Counted from the stretch's first letter, positions 48,822 through 59,577 are shown. The stretch: 64,000 nt of DNA from Acutalibacteraceae bacterium (GCA_045633725.1 JAZQYX010000033.1:9969-73968); one strand, 5' to 3'. Made by a program: numbers and translations. Notes: generated from the letters alone by a model not told the origin.

Positions 48822-50315
48822 TTAGTTTTTATTTTTTTGAATAAAGTTGATAATAAAGCCGCTTATGATACAAAGACCAAAGATAAGCCAACCCGCAAGA
48901 ATGTTAGAAATTAAGTTATAGCCGTATATTCCGTTTTGTTTTGTAAACAGGTTTGCAATATTCCAAACAAAGAGAATACTTAGCGAAACAGGTGCCACTA
49001 TTTTAATAGCAATATCAAACCAAATCTTAGGCATTTTTATACGCTTGGAATTTAGGTTAATATCGTTAACAATAATTGTTGTTTTATAGAACCAACCAAT
49101 TGCAACCGATTCAATTACGCCTACTAAAATTAAGGTAAAGCTATTGCACCAGTTATCAACAATATCCAGTATTGCAAGACCACCGCCTGTAGTATATACA
49201 AGCGAAATAACGCCGGCTATAACGCAAATTGCGATGGTGGTTTTCTTTCTGTTTATACCAAACTTATCTGCAACCGCGGTAGAAATACCCTCAACTAAAG
49301 AGAATGCCGAGTCAACAGCCAAGGTGCAAAGGCAGAAATAGAACACAAAGCCAAATATAGCGTTGAATATACCACTGCTTGACAGATTTACAATAGCGGT
49401 AGGATATACCAAGAATGCAAGGCTAACACCCGATTTTTGTGCAAGCATCTCCTGCATACCGGTACCGTACATTGTTGTAAACATAACGATACCCGACAAA
49501 AGACTTACCGCCAAATCGCTAAACGCAATTATAAAACCGTTGCGCGCTATATTGCTGTCATCGTTAAGGAATGAGCCGTAGGCTATCATAATAGCCATTA
49601 CAACCGACATTGAGTAGAACACCTGTCCTACAGCATCGATCCAAAGCTCAGGATTTGCTAGTGCCTGGAAATTTGGAAGAAAGAAAGCTTTTATTCCTTC
49701 TAAAGCGCCCGGCATTGTAATTCCCTTAACCGCCATAAAGCCTAAGCAAGCAAAGGGTAAGAATATAAGATACTTAATTATTTTTTCAACACTCTTTGTG
49801 CCGTTGCGTATACAGTAATAAACCGAAGCCCACGCCACTAAAAGACAAACAAGTACGGGGATAGAAATTACATCAAAACCCTTAATATCAAAGGTTGTTT
49901 TGGTGAGTTCTTGAAAAAGAGCGCCCGCAGCTTGATTGTTACCTGTCATACTGAAAAACTTGAAACTGAAAACTGCCATCATAATAACCCAGGCAAAAAC
50001 CACCGCGTAATATGTAACAATTACAAATGCGTTAGAAGTAGCAGCCCAGCCAATAGGCTCAAACTTCTTATTCATTTTGCGTAAAGCACCTGGTGCGCCT
50101 GAACGCATCTTTCTACCTATTGATATTTCCATCATTAAAAGCGGTATGCCGATAATAAGCATTGCTAAAAGGTATACAAGCAAAAACGCACCGCCGCCGT
50201 GCTTTGCGGCAAGGTTCGGGAAACGCCAAGCATTACCAAGACCTACTGCAGAGCCAACTGCCGCCAATATAAATGTCGCGCTTGAACCCCATGTTGAACG
50301 TTTTGTTTCAGACAT
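48822..50315 (-). CDS. Sodium-dependent transporter, neurotransmitter:sodium symporter (SNF) family
   Basis: N-terminal signature GSAVGLGNAWRFP, 11-12 TM helices, and 497 aa length. Confidence 0.9.
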   Translation of the reverse strand: MSETKRSTWGSSATFILAAVGSAVGLGNAWRFPNLAAKHGGGAFLLVYLLAMLIIGIPLLMMEISIGRKMRSGAPGALRKMNKKFEPIGWAATSNAFVIVTYYAVVFAWVIMMAVFSFKFFSMTGNNQAAGALFQELTKTTFDIKGFDVISIPVLVCLLVAWASVYYCIRNGTKSVEKIIKYLIFLPFACLGFMAVKGITMPGALEGIKAFFLPNFQALANPELWIDAVGQVFYSMSVVMAIMIAYGSFLNDDSNIARNGFIIAFSDLAVSLLSGIVMFTTMYGTGMQEMLAQKSGVSLAFLVYPTAIVNLSSSGIFNAIFGFVFYFCLCTLAVDSAFSLVEGISTAVADKFGINRKKTTIAICVIAGVISLVYTTGGGLAILDIVDNWCNSFTLILVGVIESVAIGWFYKTTIIVNDINLNSKRIKMPKIWFDIAIKIVAPVSLSILFVWNIANLFTKQNGIYGYNLISNILAGWLIFGLCIISGFIINFIQKNKN

Positions 50316-50318
50316 AAT

Positions 50319-51200
50319 TTACACCGTCACTTCCGTTGAATTTTCTTTTTGTTTCTTTTCTTTAAATTCGCAAATTTTTTGCCTTACAATTAAATCATCA
50401 TAGGTTTTCTTAAACATAACCCTGCCGTTAAACTTTTCGCCACACTCACAAATAAAATTAGCCATAAACCAACGATTTTGATACTTCCATTTGGTAACTT
50501 TTTTTGCCTTTTCATTACATTTAGGACAGTTGAAAACCAAATATTTTTTATCAACACTTTCATCCTTTAAATTAGAAATGTAATAACTTTTAAAACGAAG
50601 CCTATTAAAAAATTCAGGATTAGATGTATCCTTTATAAGTGGCAAAAACCGTTCCTTGTTATAGCATTTTTTCAAAAGATATGCTGCAACCAGACTATCA
50701 TCTTTTGCAGAATGAAAATCAATATTGTCAGTTTTAATCTTTAAAAACTCTGCTGCCAAAGCTAGCGATACCTGATTTTTGTCTTCATAACCCTTTAGAT
50801 GCATTTCGCTTTGTATAAACTTTTGCAAATCAAGATATTTTTCAATTTTAAACCGTACACCACAAAGTAGGTTTTCTTCGTTTTCTAAAATGGTATAAAG
50901 ATCAGAATTGCTCCATGTCATAGTAACGGCACTGTCCCCTACCCAAGAATTATAACTTTCAACAGCATCATCAAAAGAGATTCCGTTTCGCATAATTTCA
51001 GAAGTTATACCCGTAAGCCTTGCAAACCTACCTGTAACCTTTTTAGAAATTGCCGATTTCACAGTAACTTCAAATGTGTCAATAATATCAAAATTTTCAT
51101 TAAGCTTCACAGCGCCAATTTGTAATATCTGATTTATAAACCGCTTTTGTTTTACAAAATAGGTACTGTCCCACTCTAAATCAAGAATAATATAACTCAT
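50319..51200 (-). CDS. DEDDh-type 3'-5' exonuclease domain protein with C-terminal zinc ribbon
   Basis: Exo I ILDLEWD, Exo II-like WSNSDL, Exo III HSAKDDS. C-terminal CPKC..(19 aa)..CECG. Confidence 0.75.
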   Translation of the reverse strand: MSYIILDLEWDSTYFVKQKRFINQILQIGAVKLNENFDIIDTFEVTVKSAISKKVTGRFARLTGITSEIMRNGISFDDAVESYNSWVGDSAVTMTWSNSDLYTILENEENLLCGVRFKIEKYLDLQKFIQSEMHLKGYEDKNQVSLALAAEFLKIKTDNIDFHSAKDDSLVAAYLLKKCYNKERFLPLIKDTSNPEFFNRLRFKSYYISNLKDESVDKKYLVFNCPKCNEKAKKVTKWKYQNRWFMANFICECGEKFNGRVMFKKTYDDLIVRQKICEFKEKKQKENSTEVTV

Positions 51201-53023
51201 TTTTTTCTCTTTGATTCGTATTTCATTCTTTCTTCTTTATTAAGAATTCTCTTGCGCAAGCGTATATTGTTTGGTGTGATTTCCACCAGTTCGTCATCTT
51301 TAATAAATTCTAACGACTGTTCAAGGCTCAAAATACTGTGCGGCACAAGGCGCAACGCATCATCTGAGCCTGAAGCGCGGGTGTTTGTAAGCTGTTTGCG
51401 TTTACAGACATTACAAACAATATCTTCGTTTTTGGGATTTTCACCCACTATCATACCCTCATAAACCTGAGTAGCAGGACCTATAAACAACCTACCGCGG
51501 CTTTGGGTATTAAAAAGACCGTAGCCTGTAGATTCACCTGTTTCGTGAACTATGATAGAACCCGTGGTTCGTTGTTGAATATCACCCTTGTATTCTTCAT
51601 AGCCGTTAAAAATGTGGTTCATAATTCCGTTACCGTTGGTATCGGTTAAAAACTGTGAACGATACCCTAAAAGCCCGCGTGCGGGTATTAAAAATTCAAG
51701 ATGGGATATTCCACCCTCACGAGTGCCCATATTTTTAATTTCGGCTTTACGAGTACCAAGTCTTTCCATAACTGCGCCTACATACTCTTCGGGAACTTCT
51801 ATCATTAAAAGCTCAATAGGCTCTAATATTTTACCATCGGCATCCTTTTTATAGATAACCTCAGGCGGTGAAACCTGAAATTCATAACCTTGACGGCGCA
51901 TAGTTTCAATAAGAATTGAAAGGTGTAATTCTCCCCTACCCGAAACCTTAAATGTATCGGCAGAGTCGGTTTCTTCAACACGCAAACTTACATTGGTCAT
52001 AACCTCTTTAAAAAGGCGGTCACGAATATTGCGCGAGGTTACAAACTTACCGTCCTTGCCCGCAAAGGGAGAATTATTAACCATAAAATTCATAGATAAT
52101 GTTGGCTCGTCAATCTTCACAAAGGGTAACGCTTCAATATTTTCAATATCGCAGGCGGTTTCGCCTATTTCCAAATCTGTAAGGCCTGCAACCTGAATAA
52201 TATCACCCACAGTAGCGCTATCTGCTTCCTGACGCTTTAAGCCCTTGTACATAAACAGTTTTGCAACCTTAAGCTTGGTGTTACTGCCATCCTTATGGCA
52301 AAGTGCTACAGTTTGTCCACTCTTTACAGAACCGCGAATAACACGGCCAACACCTATGCGGCCTAAATATTCATCATATTCAATATTAGTAAAAAGTATT
52401 TGCAAGGGTGCCTCACAGTCACCTTCAGGTGCATCAATCTCATTTACAATAGCATCAAACAAAGGACGCATATCTTCACCCTTAATATCAGGTGAAAGAC
52501 TTGCATAACCATCGCGTCCCGAAGCAAATACAACAGGAAACTCAATTTGTTCTTCGTCGGCGCCTAATTCGATAAACAAATCCAAAACCTCGTCAACAAC
52601 CTCGTGGGGTCTTGCCATAGGTCTATCAATTTTATTTACAACAACCACCGCTTTTTTGCCTAAAGCCAAAGCCTTTTTAAGCACAAAACGGGTTTGTGGC
52701 ATACAGCCTTCAAATGCATCTACAAGCAATAAAACACCGTCTACCATTTGCAAAATACGCTCAACCTCACCGCCAAAATCGGCGTGACCCGGAGTATCAA
52801 CAATATTTATTTTAATATCGCCGTACATAACGCTTGTATTTTTAGAAAGTATTGTTATGCCGCGTTCACGCTCTAAATCGTTAGAGTCCATAACACGCTC
52901 ATCCACCGCCTCATTCTCACGAAAGGTACCGCTTTGCTTTAAAAGCTGGTCAACAAGTGTGGTTTTACCGTGGTCAACATGCGCGATAATCGCTACATTT
53001 CGCAAACTTTCTATCTTTGCCAT
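51197..53023 (-). CDS. typA: Translational GTPase TypA/BipA
   Basis: NVAIIAHVDHGKTTLVD G1, DTPGHADFGGE G3, NKID G4, and 608 aa length. Confidence 0.95.
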   Translation of the reverse strand: MAKIESLRNVAIIAHVDHGKTTLVDQLLKQSGTFRENEAVDERVMDSNDLERERGITILSKNTSVMYGDIKINIVDTPGHADFGGEVERILQMVDGVLLLVDAFEGCMPQTRFVLKKALALGKKAVVVVNKIDRPMARPHEVVDEVLDLFIELGADEEQIEFPVVFASGRDGYASLSPDIKGEDMRPLFDAIVNEIDAPEGDCEAPLQILFTNIEYDEYLGRIGVGRVIRGSVKSGQTVALCHKDGSNTKLKVAKLFMYKGLKRQEADSATVGDIIQVAGLTDLEIGETACDIENIEALPFVKIDEPTLSMNFMVNNSPFAGKDGKFVTSRNIRDRLFKEVMTNVSLRVEETDSADTFKVSGRGELHLSILIETMRRQGYEFQVSPPEVIYKKDADGKILEPIELLMIEVPEEYVGAVMERLGTRKAEIKNMGTREGGISHLEFLIPARGLLGYRSQFLTDTNGNGIMNHIFNGYEEYKGDIQQRTTGSIIVHETGESTGYGLFNTQSRGRLFIGPATQVYEGMIVGENPKNEDIVCNVCKRKQLTNTRASGSDDALRLVPHSILSLEQSLEFIKDDELVEITPNNIRLRKRILNKEERMKYESKRKK

Positions 53024-53058
53024 TAAAATTCCCCATTATATTATAAATTAACTTATAT

Positions 53059-53087
53059 ATTATATTATATACTGCTTGCTTTGTCAA
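53059..53087 (-). promoter_or_regulatory. Consensus SigA promoter of typA
   Basis: The minus strand reads TTGACA (53082-53087), a 17-nt spacer, then TATAAT (53059-53064). Confidence 0.75.
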
Positions 53088-53112
53088 ATAAAAGTAGCAA
53101 AATATACGCTTT

Positions 53113-53159
53113 CTAAAACAAAAAATAAACACTGAGTTCCAAAATAGTACTCAGTGTTT
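53113..53159 (-). terminator. Rho-independent terminator of the PBP gene
   Basis: AAACACTGAGT / ACTCAGTGTTT hairpin (53127-53159) followed on the minus strand by ATTTTTTGTTTT. Confidence 0.8.
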
Positions 53160-53170
53160 GCTTAATTTCT

Positions 53171-55696
53171 CTATATAAGTTCATTAGGCGAACTTGAAAC
53201 TTCGTTAGAATTTTCTTCAGAACTGTTAGGAGTTTCTTCAGATGTAACTGTAGATTCAGTTGGTGTACTCGCTGAAGTATCGGTTGAAGACGACGAAGGA
53301 GCTTTGGAAGACTCACCCGTCGAGCTACTGCTTCCCGAGGTTTCAGAAGATACATTCGAACTTGTATCACTCGGAACACTTTCAGAAGGTTGATTCAATG
53401 ACGAATTCTCTGAAGAGGTGCTACTTGAAGCCTGTGAAGAACTGCTTATAGTTGAAGAAGTACTGGGTTTAGAAGAAGTAGTTGGGTCAGAAGGTTTAGA
53501 CTCATTCTCTTCTTCCTTCTTATTCTCCTCTTCTTCCTCTTCTTGTGGCAGATAGTCCTCTTCTTTTAAGATTTTACCCGGACTTGTTCCGTCTTTATAA
53601 TATCCTTCGCCCTTACGGTAAACATCTTCACTATCCTCAAATTGCTTGGTTTCTAAATCTGCGTGAATTTCACGCATAATATCCCGCCAGATACTCTTTG
53701 CGGCACTTGTGTTATAAACCCGATAATTATGGTCAAAGCCATACCATACCGAACCTATGTAATAGGGCGTACCGCCCACAAGCCAAGAGTCCTTGGTGTC
53801 ACTTGAAGTGCCTGTTTTAGCGTAGCATTTCATACGGTAGTTAAATCCGCCAATTGAACGTCCCGTACCGCCCTCCTTATAAACAACCTCACGCAAGAGA
53901 TGGTTCATAATGGTAGCAGTATCTTCACCAATAGCGCGTTTACCTTTTTTGGGCTCTAAAATAACATTACCGCCAATATCAACTACCTTGTAGTAGGTTG
54001 TCGGCTCGTAATACATACCGCCATTACCAAAAATTGCAAAAGCCGCTGCCGACTCTGTAGGTGTAATACCGTAATGGCAACCACCCAGTGCTAAGGATGA
54101 TGAATTCTTATCAATTTCAACAAGATGTTTTAAATTGAGTTTTTTGGTTAAAAATTTATATGAATTATCAATTCCAACCTCATCAAGAAGTCTTACAGGC
54201 ACCGCATTCATAGAATGTCTAAGCGCATAATTCAGCGGAACTTCACCCATATACTCGCCAAACCATTCTCGCGGTCCCGGTTTTTTATAGCCGTAATAAT
54301 TCTTTATAGGCTCGTCTAAAACGGTAGTGGTATAATTACAAATATTCTTTTCAATTACCTGCGCATAAACACCGATAGGCTTCATGGTAGAGCCGGGTTG
54401 ACGCGGAACATTATACGCACGGTTAAGACCGCGATTTACGGTTTTTTCGCCCGCACCGCCCATTATACCTACAATATGACCCTTATAGTCCAGAATGGTC
54501 ATAGCAGATTGCACACGCTCGCGCTCACCATCTTGGTTGCGCCTTGTTTCGTAAAAATAACGACTTTCTTTGCTATAGGTTTCTTCCATAATAGACTGAA
54601 TTTCGGGATTTACGGTAGAATAAATTTTAAATCCACCGTTGTAGAACATTTGCGAAGCAATTTTTTCATCGCAATCATATTTCTCGGCCAAATCAGTAAT
54701 TACATTTTGAATCAGAGTATCAATAAAATAATTGTTAATTTCGCTGTCAAGATTTTCTTTTTGAGAAAAATCGAGCTTAACATTTTCTTCATAAGCTACG
54801 ATATATTCGTCCTTTGTTATAAAACCTTGTTCATACATTGCTGTAAGCACAACTTTACGGCGGTAGGTATTCTCTTCCATATTTATGGCAGGACTGTATC
54901 TGGAAGGGTTTTTAGTTATAGCTGCAATAGAAGCACACTCGGCAAGGGTTAATTCGTCAACATCCTTACTAAAGTAGTTGTTTGCCGCAACCTGAACCCC
55001 GTTAATACCGCTACCTAAAGCAATTGTATTAAGATAAGCTTCTAAAATTTCGTCCTTTGAAAGTTCATTTTCGATAGCGAGTGCTCTTATAATTTCGCGT
55101 ATTTTTCGAGAATAATCCTTTGATTTATCTGCAGTAATATTTTTTATAAGTTGCTGTGTAATGGTAGAACCGCCAAACTCAACGGTGCTAAACTTCAGAA
55201 ATTGGTTTGCTACCGCTAAAAATGTACGCTTCCAATCAACACCGCCGTGCTTTGAAAAGTCTTGGTCTTCAATGGCAATAAAAGCATTTTGCAAATTTTT
55301 AGGAACTTTTTTAAGAGATATCCAAATACGGTTTTCGTCGCCATGAATACGCTTGTATTCTTGCCATTTTCCGTCTTCATTTTTAGCATAGACAATAGAA
55401 GTCATATTAAGCTCAAGATTGCGGATATTATCAACTATTTTTTTAGAGCCCAACGGGTCAAACCCTTTAAAAATATTTTCGCCGCCGAAAAATAGCGTAG
55501 TTAAAAATATAGTAAAAATTAAAACAACCGAAACTAAATTTAAGGAATAATTTTTAAGCTCTTGGCGTTTAAGACCTTTGACATACCGAAATGCTTTTTT
55601 AAGCCAATAAAACGCCACTGCGGCATACTTTTTTGCCACTTTATAAACAAGCTTTAAATAATCTATAGCCTTGTTTAAAAGCTGTTTGAAGTCCAT
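53171..55696 (-). CDS. Class A penicillin-binding protein (glycosyltransferase + transpeptidase) with Ser/Thr-rich C-terminal tail
   Basis: GT51 motifs (IAIEDQDFSKHGGVD, GGSTITQQL), transpeptidase SxxK (STMKP) and KTG (KTGTS). I chose the start at 55696, where the SD spacing is 8 nt. The ORF track uses 55705. Confidence 0.9.
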   Translation of the reverse strand: MDFKQLLNKAIDYLKLVYKVAKKYAAVAFYWLKKAFRYVKGLKRQELKNYSLNLVSVVLIFTIFLTTLFFGGENIFKGFDPLGSKKIVDNIRNLELNMTSIVYAKNEDGKWQEYKRIHGDENRIWISLKKVPKNLQNAFIAIEDQDFSKHGGVDWKRTFLAVANQFLKFSTVEFGGSTITQQLIKNITADKSKDYSRKIREIIRALAIENELSKDEILEAYLNTIALGSGINGVQVAANNYFSKDVDELTLAECASIAAITKNPSRYSPAINMEENTYRRKVVLTAMYEQGFITKDEYIVAYEENVKLDFSQKENLDSEINNYFIDTLIQNVITDLAEKYDCDEKIASQMFYNGGFKIYSTVNPEIQSIMEETYSKESRYFYETRRNQDGERERVQSAMTILDYKGHIVGIMGGAGEKTVNRGLNRAYNVPRQPGSTMKPIGVYAQVIEKNICNYTTTVLDEPIKNYYGYKKPGPREWFGEYMGEVPLNYALRHSMNAVPVRLLDEVGIDNSYKFLTKKLNLKHLVEIDKNSSSLALGGCHYGITPTESAAAFAIFGNGGMYYEPTTYYKVVDIGGNVILEPKKGKRAIGEDTATIMNHLLREVVYKEGGTGRSIGGFNYRMKCYAKTGTSSDTKDSWLVGGTPYYIGSVWYGFDHNYRVYNTSAAKSIWRDIMREIHADLETKQFEDSEDVYRKGEGYYKDGTSPGKILKEEDYLPQEEEEEENKKEEENESKPSDPTTSSKPSTSSTISSSSQASSSTSSENSSLNQPSESVPSDTSSNVSSETSGSSSSTGESSKAPSSSSTDTSASTPTESTVTSEETPNSSEENSNEVSSSPNELI

Positions 55697-55822
55697 AAAA
55701 ATCATCCTTTCCTTTAAAATTCAATATTAGTCACACTATTATACCACTTTTTCGCTAATTTGGCAATTATTTTTTAACTTTCGCAAAAATGTTAATTTTT
55801 TCTAAACAATACAATATTATTC

Positions 55823-55850
55823 TTGAAAGCAGAAATCAAATGTATATAAT
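55823..55850 (+). promoter_or_regulatory. SigA-type promoter of the fused ABC transporter gene
   Basis: TTGAAA (55823-55828), a 16-nt spacer, then TATAAT (55845-55850). Confidence 0.6.
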
Positions 55851-55895
55851 ATAAATACTATGTCATATATTTATAACCACGAAAGGAAATGATAT

Positions 55896-58800
55896 ATGTT
55901 AAGGCTTAAAAACATAACAAAGGACTATTCAACCGGCAATACTAAGGTTGAAGCACTAAAAGGTATTAGTATTGACTTTCGCAAAGCCGAATTTGTTTCG
56001 GTTTTAGGTCAGTCGGGCTGTGGTAAAACTACACTTCTTAATATAATAGGCGGTCTTGATAAATATACCAAAGGCGACCTTTTTATAAACGGTGTTTCTA
56101 CCAAGCACTTTAAAGACAGGGACTGGGACAACTACCGTAACCACTCGGTAGGCTTTGTTTTCCAAAGCTATAACCTTATCCCACACCAATCGGTTTTACA
56201 GAATGTTGAGCTCGCGCTTTCACTTTCGGGTGTTTCCCGCCGCGAGCGTAAAAGACGCGCTAAAGAGGCACTTGAAATAGTGGGGCTTTCGGACCAATTA
56301 AAGAAAAAACCGAGTGAGATGTCAGGCGGACAAATGCAACGTGTTGCAATCGCCCGCGCAATTGTAAACAACCCTGATATTATATTGGCTGACGAGCCTA
56401 CAGGTGCTTTAGACACCGAAACCAGTCTGCAGGTTATGGAAATTTTAAAGGAAATTTCTAAAGACCGTCTTGTTATAATGGTAACCCACAACCCCGAGCT
56501 CGCTGAAAAATACTCAACCCGTATTATCCGTATGCTTGACGGTGTTGTAACAAGCGATACTGCTCCTTTAAGCGAGCAAGAAATTATTGCACAAGCTCCC
56601 GAAGTGCTTGAAAATAAAAATAAAAAGCGTAAAAAGCAAAAAATGCCTTCAATGTCGCTTGGTACATCATTTTCGCTTTCTCTTAAAAACCTTTTCACCA
56701 AAAAGGGAAGAACGGCGCTTACATCATTTGCAGGAAGCATAGGCATTATAGGTATTGCGCTTATTTTTGCAGTATCACAAGGTACCACAACCTACATTGA
56801 TATTCTTCAGGAAGACACCCTTTCGTCCTACCCCATTACCCTTGAAAATCAGTCTATGGATATTTCGTCATTACTTGACACCTTTATAGGCACCGCTAAA
56901 TCGTCAGGCAGTCACGAAAAGGATGCCGTTTACCAAAAATCTATGGTCTATGATATGATAAACGCTTTGAACTCCGCAAAAGCCAATGAAAACGACCTTA
57001 AATCGTTTAAAACCTACCTTGAAAATCAGTTGGCGGATGATAGCGCAAATGAAAGCCTTAAAAACGCCGTAAACGGTGTTTCTTATACCTATGATTTTGA
57101 CCTGCTTGTTTACACCGAAAATATTGACGGTAAAATTATTCGTTCCGATTCGGAACAGCTTATGCAGGAGGTTTTACTTGAGCATTTCGGTATGGATATG
57201 TCCTCAATGGTAGATATGGGACAAAGCAGCGGTATGACAAGTATGATGCCTATGAGTCAGGGTATGGTACTTTGGCAAGAAATGCTTTCGGGTGATAACG
57301 GTGACCCGATAAACCCCCTTATCAAAAAACAGTACGATATGATTTACGGAAATTGGCCTAACGATTATAACGAAATTGTTTTAATTGTTGATGAGAATAA
57401 CGAACTTGACGATATGGCACTTTATTCTTTAGGTCTTAAATCCAAGGAAGAAATTGATGCTATGACTAAGGCGGCTATAAGTGGCGATAAAATAGATTAC
57501 AAAAGCAAAAAATGGTCTTATGAAGAAATCTGCGAACGCGAGTTTAAGGTTATTCTTAATTCCGATTGCTATACCCTTGATAAAGAAAGCGGTCTTTATA
57601 CCGACCTTCGCGAAACCGAAGCAGGTCTTAAGTACCTTTACGATAACGGTACAGATATTAAGGTGACTGGTATTATCCGTCCTAATAAAGATGCAGTTTC
57701 AACAATGCTTAAAGGCTCTATAGCCTATACAAAGGCTCTTACGGAGTTTGTTGTAAATAAGGCAGACAAATCGGCCGCTATAAAGGCGCAAAAGAAAAAT
57801 AAACAAATAGATATTTTCACAAAGCTTCCCTTTGGTGAAAACAGTGAAAATCTTTCTGATACGGAGAAGCAAAAGGAATTTAAAAAATACCTTAGCACCC
57901 TTGACGACAACGAAAAAGCCATAACCTATGTTAAAATTATGTCTGTTCCCGAAGAAAAGGAAGTTGACAAATATGTAAAAGACACTATGAAAGGTATGAA
58001 GCGCAAGGATATTGAAGAAACCTTAGCGCCAATACTTTCAAAGCAGACCGGTATGGCAGACAACGAAATGTCCGATTATTTATCTTCAATGAAGGAGGAT
58101 GATTTAAAAGAAGTTTTCAGCTCTATTCTTGAAGAACAGTATAAGGCACAATATGCCAAGAGTGTTGCCGAACAATTAGTGAGCATGCCAAAAGAACAGC
58201 TTATTATGGCGCTTGATAACGCAAAATCCAACTTCACAACTAAGCAATGTGCCCTTTATTATGATGAAGTTTTAGAGTTTTCCGACTCTACTTACGACAA
58301 GAATATGCGCGAGCTCGGCTTTGTTAATTTGGATACACCTTCAAGTATAAATATTTATGCTACAACTTTTGAAAATAAGGATGTTATTGAATCCGCAATA
58401 GCCGACTATAATGACGGTGTTGAAGAACTTTCAAAAATCACCTATACCGACTATGTAGGTATAATGATGTCATCAATTACCACCATTATAAATGCTATAA
58501 CCTATGTGCTTATCGCGTTTGTTGCTGTATCGCTTGTAGTTTCTTCAATTATGATAGGTGTTATAACGCTTATCTCGGTACAAGAACGAACTAAAGAAAT
58601 TGGTATACTTCGTGCTATTGGTGCTTCAAAACGCAATGTTTCAACAATGTTCAATGCCGAAACGGTTATAATAGGATTTACTTCAGGCGCTTTAGGTGTA
58701 CTGATAACCTATTTGTTATGCATACCAATAAACCTTATTTTACACAAAGTTACAGGCATAAATAACCTTAATGCTATACTCCCCTTGCCCGTGGCAATAA

Positions 58801-58901
58801 TTCTGGTTATAATAAGCGTACTGCTCACTATGCTTTCGGGACTTATTCCATCCCGTAGTGCCGCTAAAAAAGACCCTGTAATAGCACTTAGAACTGAATA
58901 A
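55896..58901 (+). CDS. Fused ABC transporter ATPase/FtsX-type permease (MacB-like) with very large extracytoplasmic domain
   Basis: The N-terminal ATPase carries [23 protein letters not shown] and [13 protein letters not shown]1 lies near aa 273-292. About 570 aa are soluble. The C-terminal FtsX module has 3 TM helices and ends [11 protein letters not shown]. Confidence 0.88.
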   Translation: MLRLKNITKDYSTGNTKVEALKGISIDFRKAEFVSVLGQSGCGKTTLLNIIGGLDKYTKGDLFINGVSTKHFKDRDWDNYRNHSVGFVFQSYNLIPHQSVLQNVELALSLSGVSRRERKRRAKEALEIVGLSDQLKKKPSEMSGGQMQRVAIARAIVNNPDIILADEPTGALDTETSLQVMEILKEISKDRLVIMVTHNPELAEKYSTRIIRMLDGVVTSDTAPLSEQEIIAQAPEVLENKNKKRKKQKMPSMSLGTSFSLSLKNLFTKKGRTALTSFAGSIGIIGIALIFAVSQGTTTYIDILQEDTLSSYPITLENQSMDISSLLDTFIGTAKSSGSHEKDAVYQKSMVYDMINALNSAKANENDLKSFKTYLENQLADDSANESLKNAVNGVSYTYDFDLLVYTENIDGKIIRSDSEQLMQEVLLEHFGMDMSSMVDMGQSSGMTSMMPMSQGMVLWQEMLSGDNGDPINPLIKKQYDMIYGNWPNDYNEIVLIVDENNELDDMALYSLGLKSKEEIDAMTKAAISGDKIDYKSKKWSYEEICEREFKVILNSDCYTLDKESGLYTDLRETEAGLKYLYDNGTDIKVTGIIRPNKDAVSTMLKGSIAYTKALTEFVVNKADKSAAIKAQKKNKQIDIFTKLPFGENSENLSDTEKQKEFKKYLSTLDDNEKAITYVKIMSVPEEKEVDKYVKDTMKGMKRKDIEETLAPILSKQTGMADNEMSDYLSSMKEDDLKEVFSSILEEQYKAQYAKSVAEQLVSMPKEQLIMALDNAKSNFTTKQCALYYDEVLEFSDSTYDKNMRELGFVNLDTPSSINIYATTFENKDVIESAIADYNDGVEELSKITYTDYVGIMMSSITTIINAITYVLIAFVAVSLVVSSIMIGVITLISVQERTKEIGILRAIGASKRNVSTMFNAETVIIGFTSGALGVLITYLLCIPINLILHKVTGINNLNAILPLPVAIILVIISVLLTMLSGLIPSRSAAKKDPVIALRTE

Positions 58902-58907
58902 AAGTAA

Positions 58908-58937
58908 AAGAAGACAAGAAAAAAATCTTGTCTTCTT
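58908..58937. terminator. Bidirectional rho-independent terminator
   Basis: Perfect 12-bp hairpin AAGAAGACAAGA / TCTTGTCTTCTT with flanking A and T runs. Confidence 0.85.
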
Positions 58938-58939
58938 TT

Positions 58940-59224
58940 TTAATGGTCCAGTGTTATAGATGGTAAATTCCCTAAATTGTTGTTTTGGTTGTCGTCGGGA
59001 ATAGATTTAAGATACTCACTATCCTTACGATGTGCTATACCCACACCGGCAATATCCCCTTGTCTTGCCATAGAAATAGCTTGAGATTTTGATACAACAC
59101 TTTGGTCAGATAGCATATAACCCGTAACCCTAGAACCATCTTTAACAAGTGCGGTAATACGCTTTGCATTGTGTTTACACTCTGGAATTTGGTCAAATGT
59201 ATTTTTAATAATTTCACTTTTCAT
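58940..59224 (-). CDS. Small DUF3892-like protein
   Basis: 94 aa. The segment ITALVKDGSRVTGYML...VSKSQAISMARQGDIAGV and the C-terminal YLKSIPDDNQNNNLGNLP resemble DUF3892. The assignment is from memory only. Confidence 0.55.
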   Translation of the reverse strand: MKSEIIKNTFDQIPECKHNAKRITALVKDGSRVTGYMLSDQSVVSKSQAISMARQGDIAGVGIAHRKDSEYLKSIPDDNQNNNLGNLPSITLDH

Positions 59225-59577
59225 TAAATCGCTCCTTTATATTTAGTTTGGCGTGCTATTTTAAAAATATGTAATATAATGCAACTCTACACCTTGTAAT
59301 ATTGCCTTAATGCACTAAAAGCAGTGAAAAGAATTTGTTAAAAGTTTTTATGATGTTTTTTTACCGCCAAAAGTCAAAAAAATAATTGCTATAAAACCTA
59401 AAGTGCACAATTTACAAGCCAATAAAATAACATACCCTTTTATTTATTAAAATTATTTTATCATACTAACCAAAAATTAACTTAAATTAAATATTTATAA
59501 AATATTTGAAAAAAACTCTTCTATTTTGCTTGCATTTTTGGTATAATAAATTTAACTATGTGCAAGAGGTATATTTT

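Noticed and set aside
53113-53379. 88-aa minus-strand ORF
   Set aside because: It is an alternative frame of the repetitive Ser/Thr-tail region of the PBP gene, and it extends through the PBP terminator hairpin. It is an artefact of low-complexity sequence.
54398-54952. 184-aa plus-strand ORF
   Set aside because: It is antisense to the transpeptidase region of the class A PBP. It is a shadow ORF.
55771-55851. Small ORF (about 20 aa, MLIFSKQYNIILESRNQMYI) upstream of the fused ABC transporter, considered as a peptide precursor
   Set aside because: It has no SD, it overlaps the predicted promoter hexamers, and its composition is that of random AT-rich DNA.
56168-56788. 206-aa minus-strand ORF
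   Set aside because: It is antisense to the ABC ATPase domain, which carries perfect Walker and signature motifs. It is a shadow ORF.
59506-59577. Longer 276-aa version of the alpha/beta hydrolase, plus similar upstream TTG extensions at 20457, 22897, 41131, 33174, 39799 and 48663
   Set aside because: In each case a downstream ATG has a properly spaced SD and gives the canonical family N-terminus. At 59506 the extension would also include the predicted extended -10 promoter.
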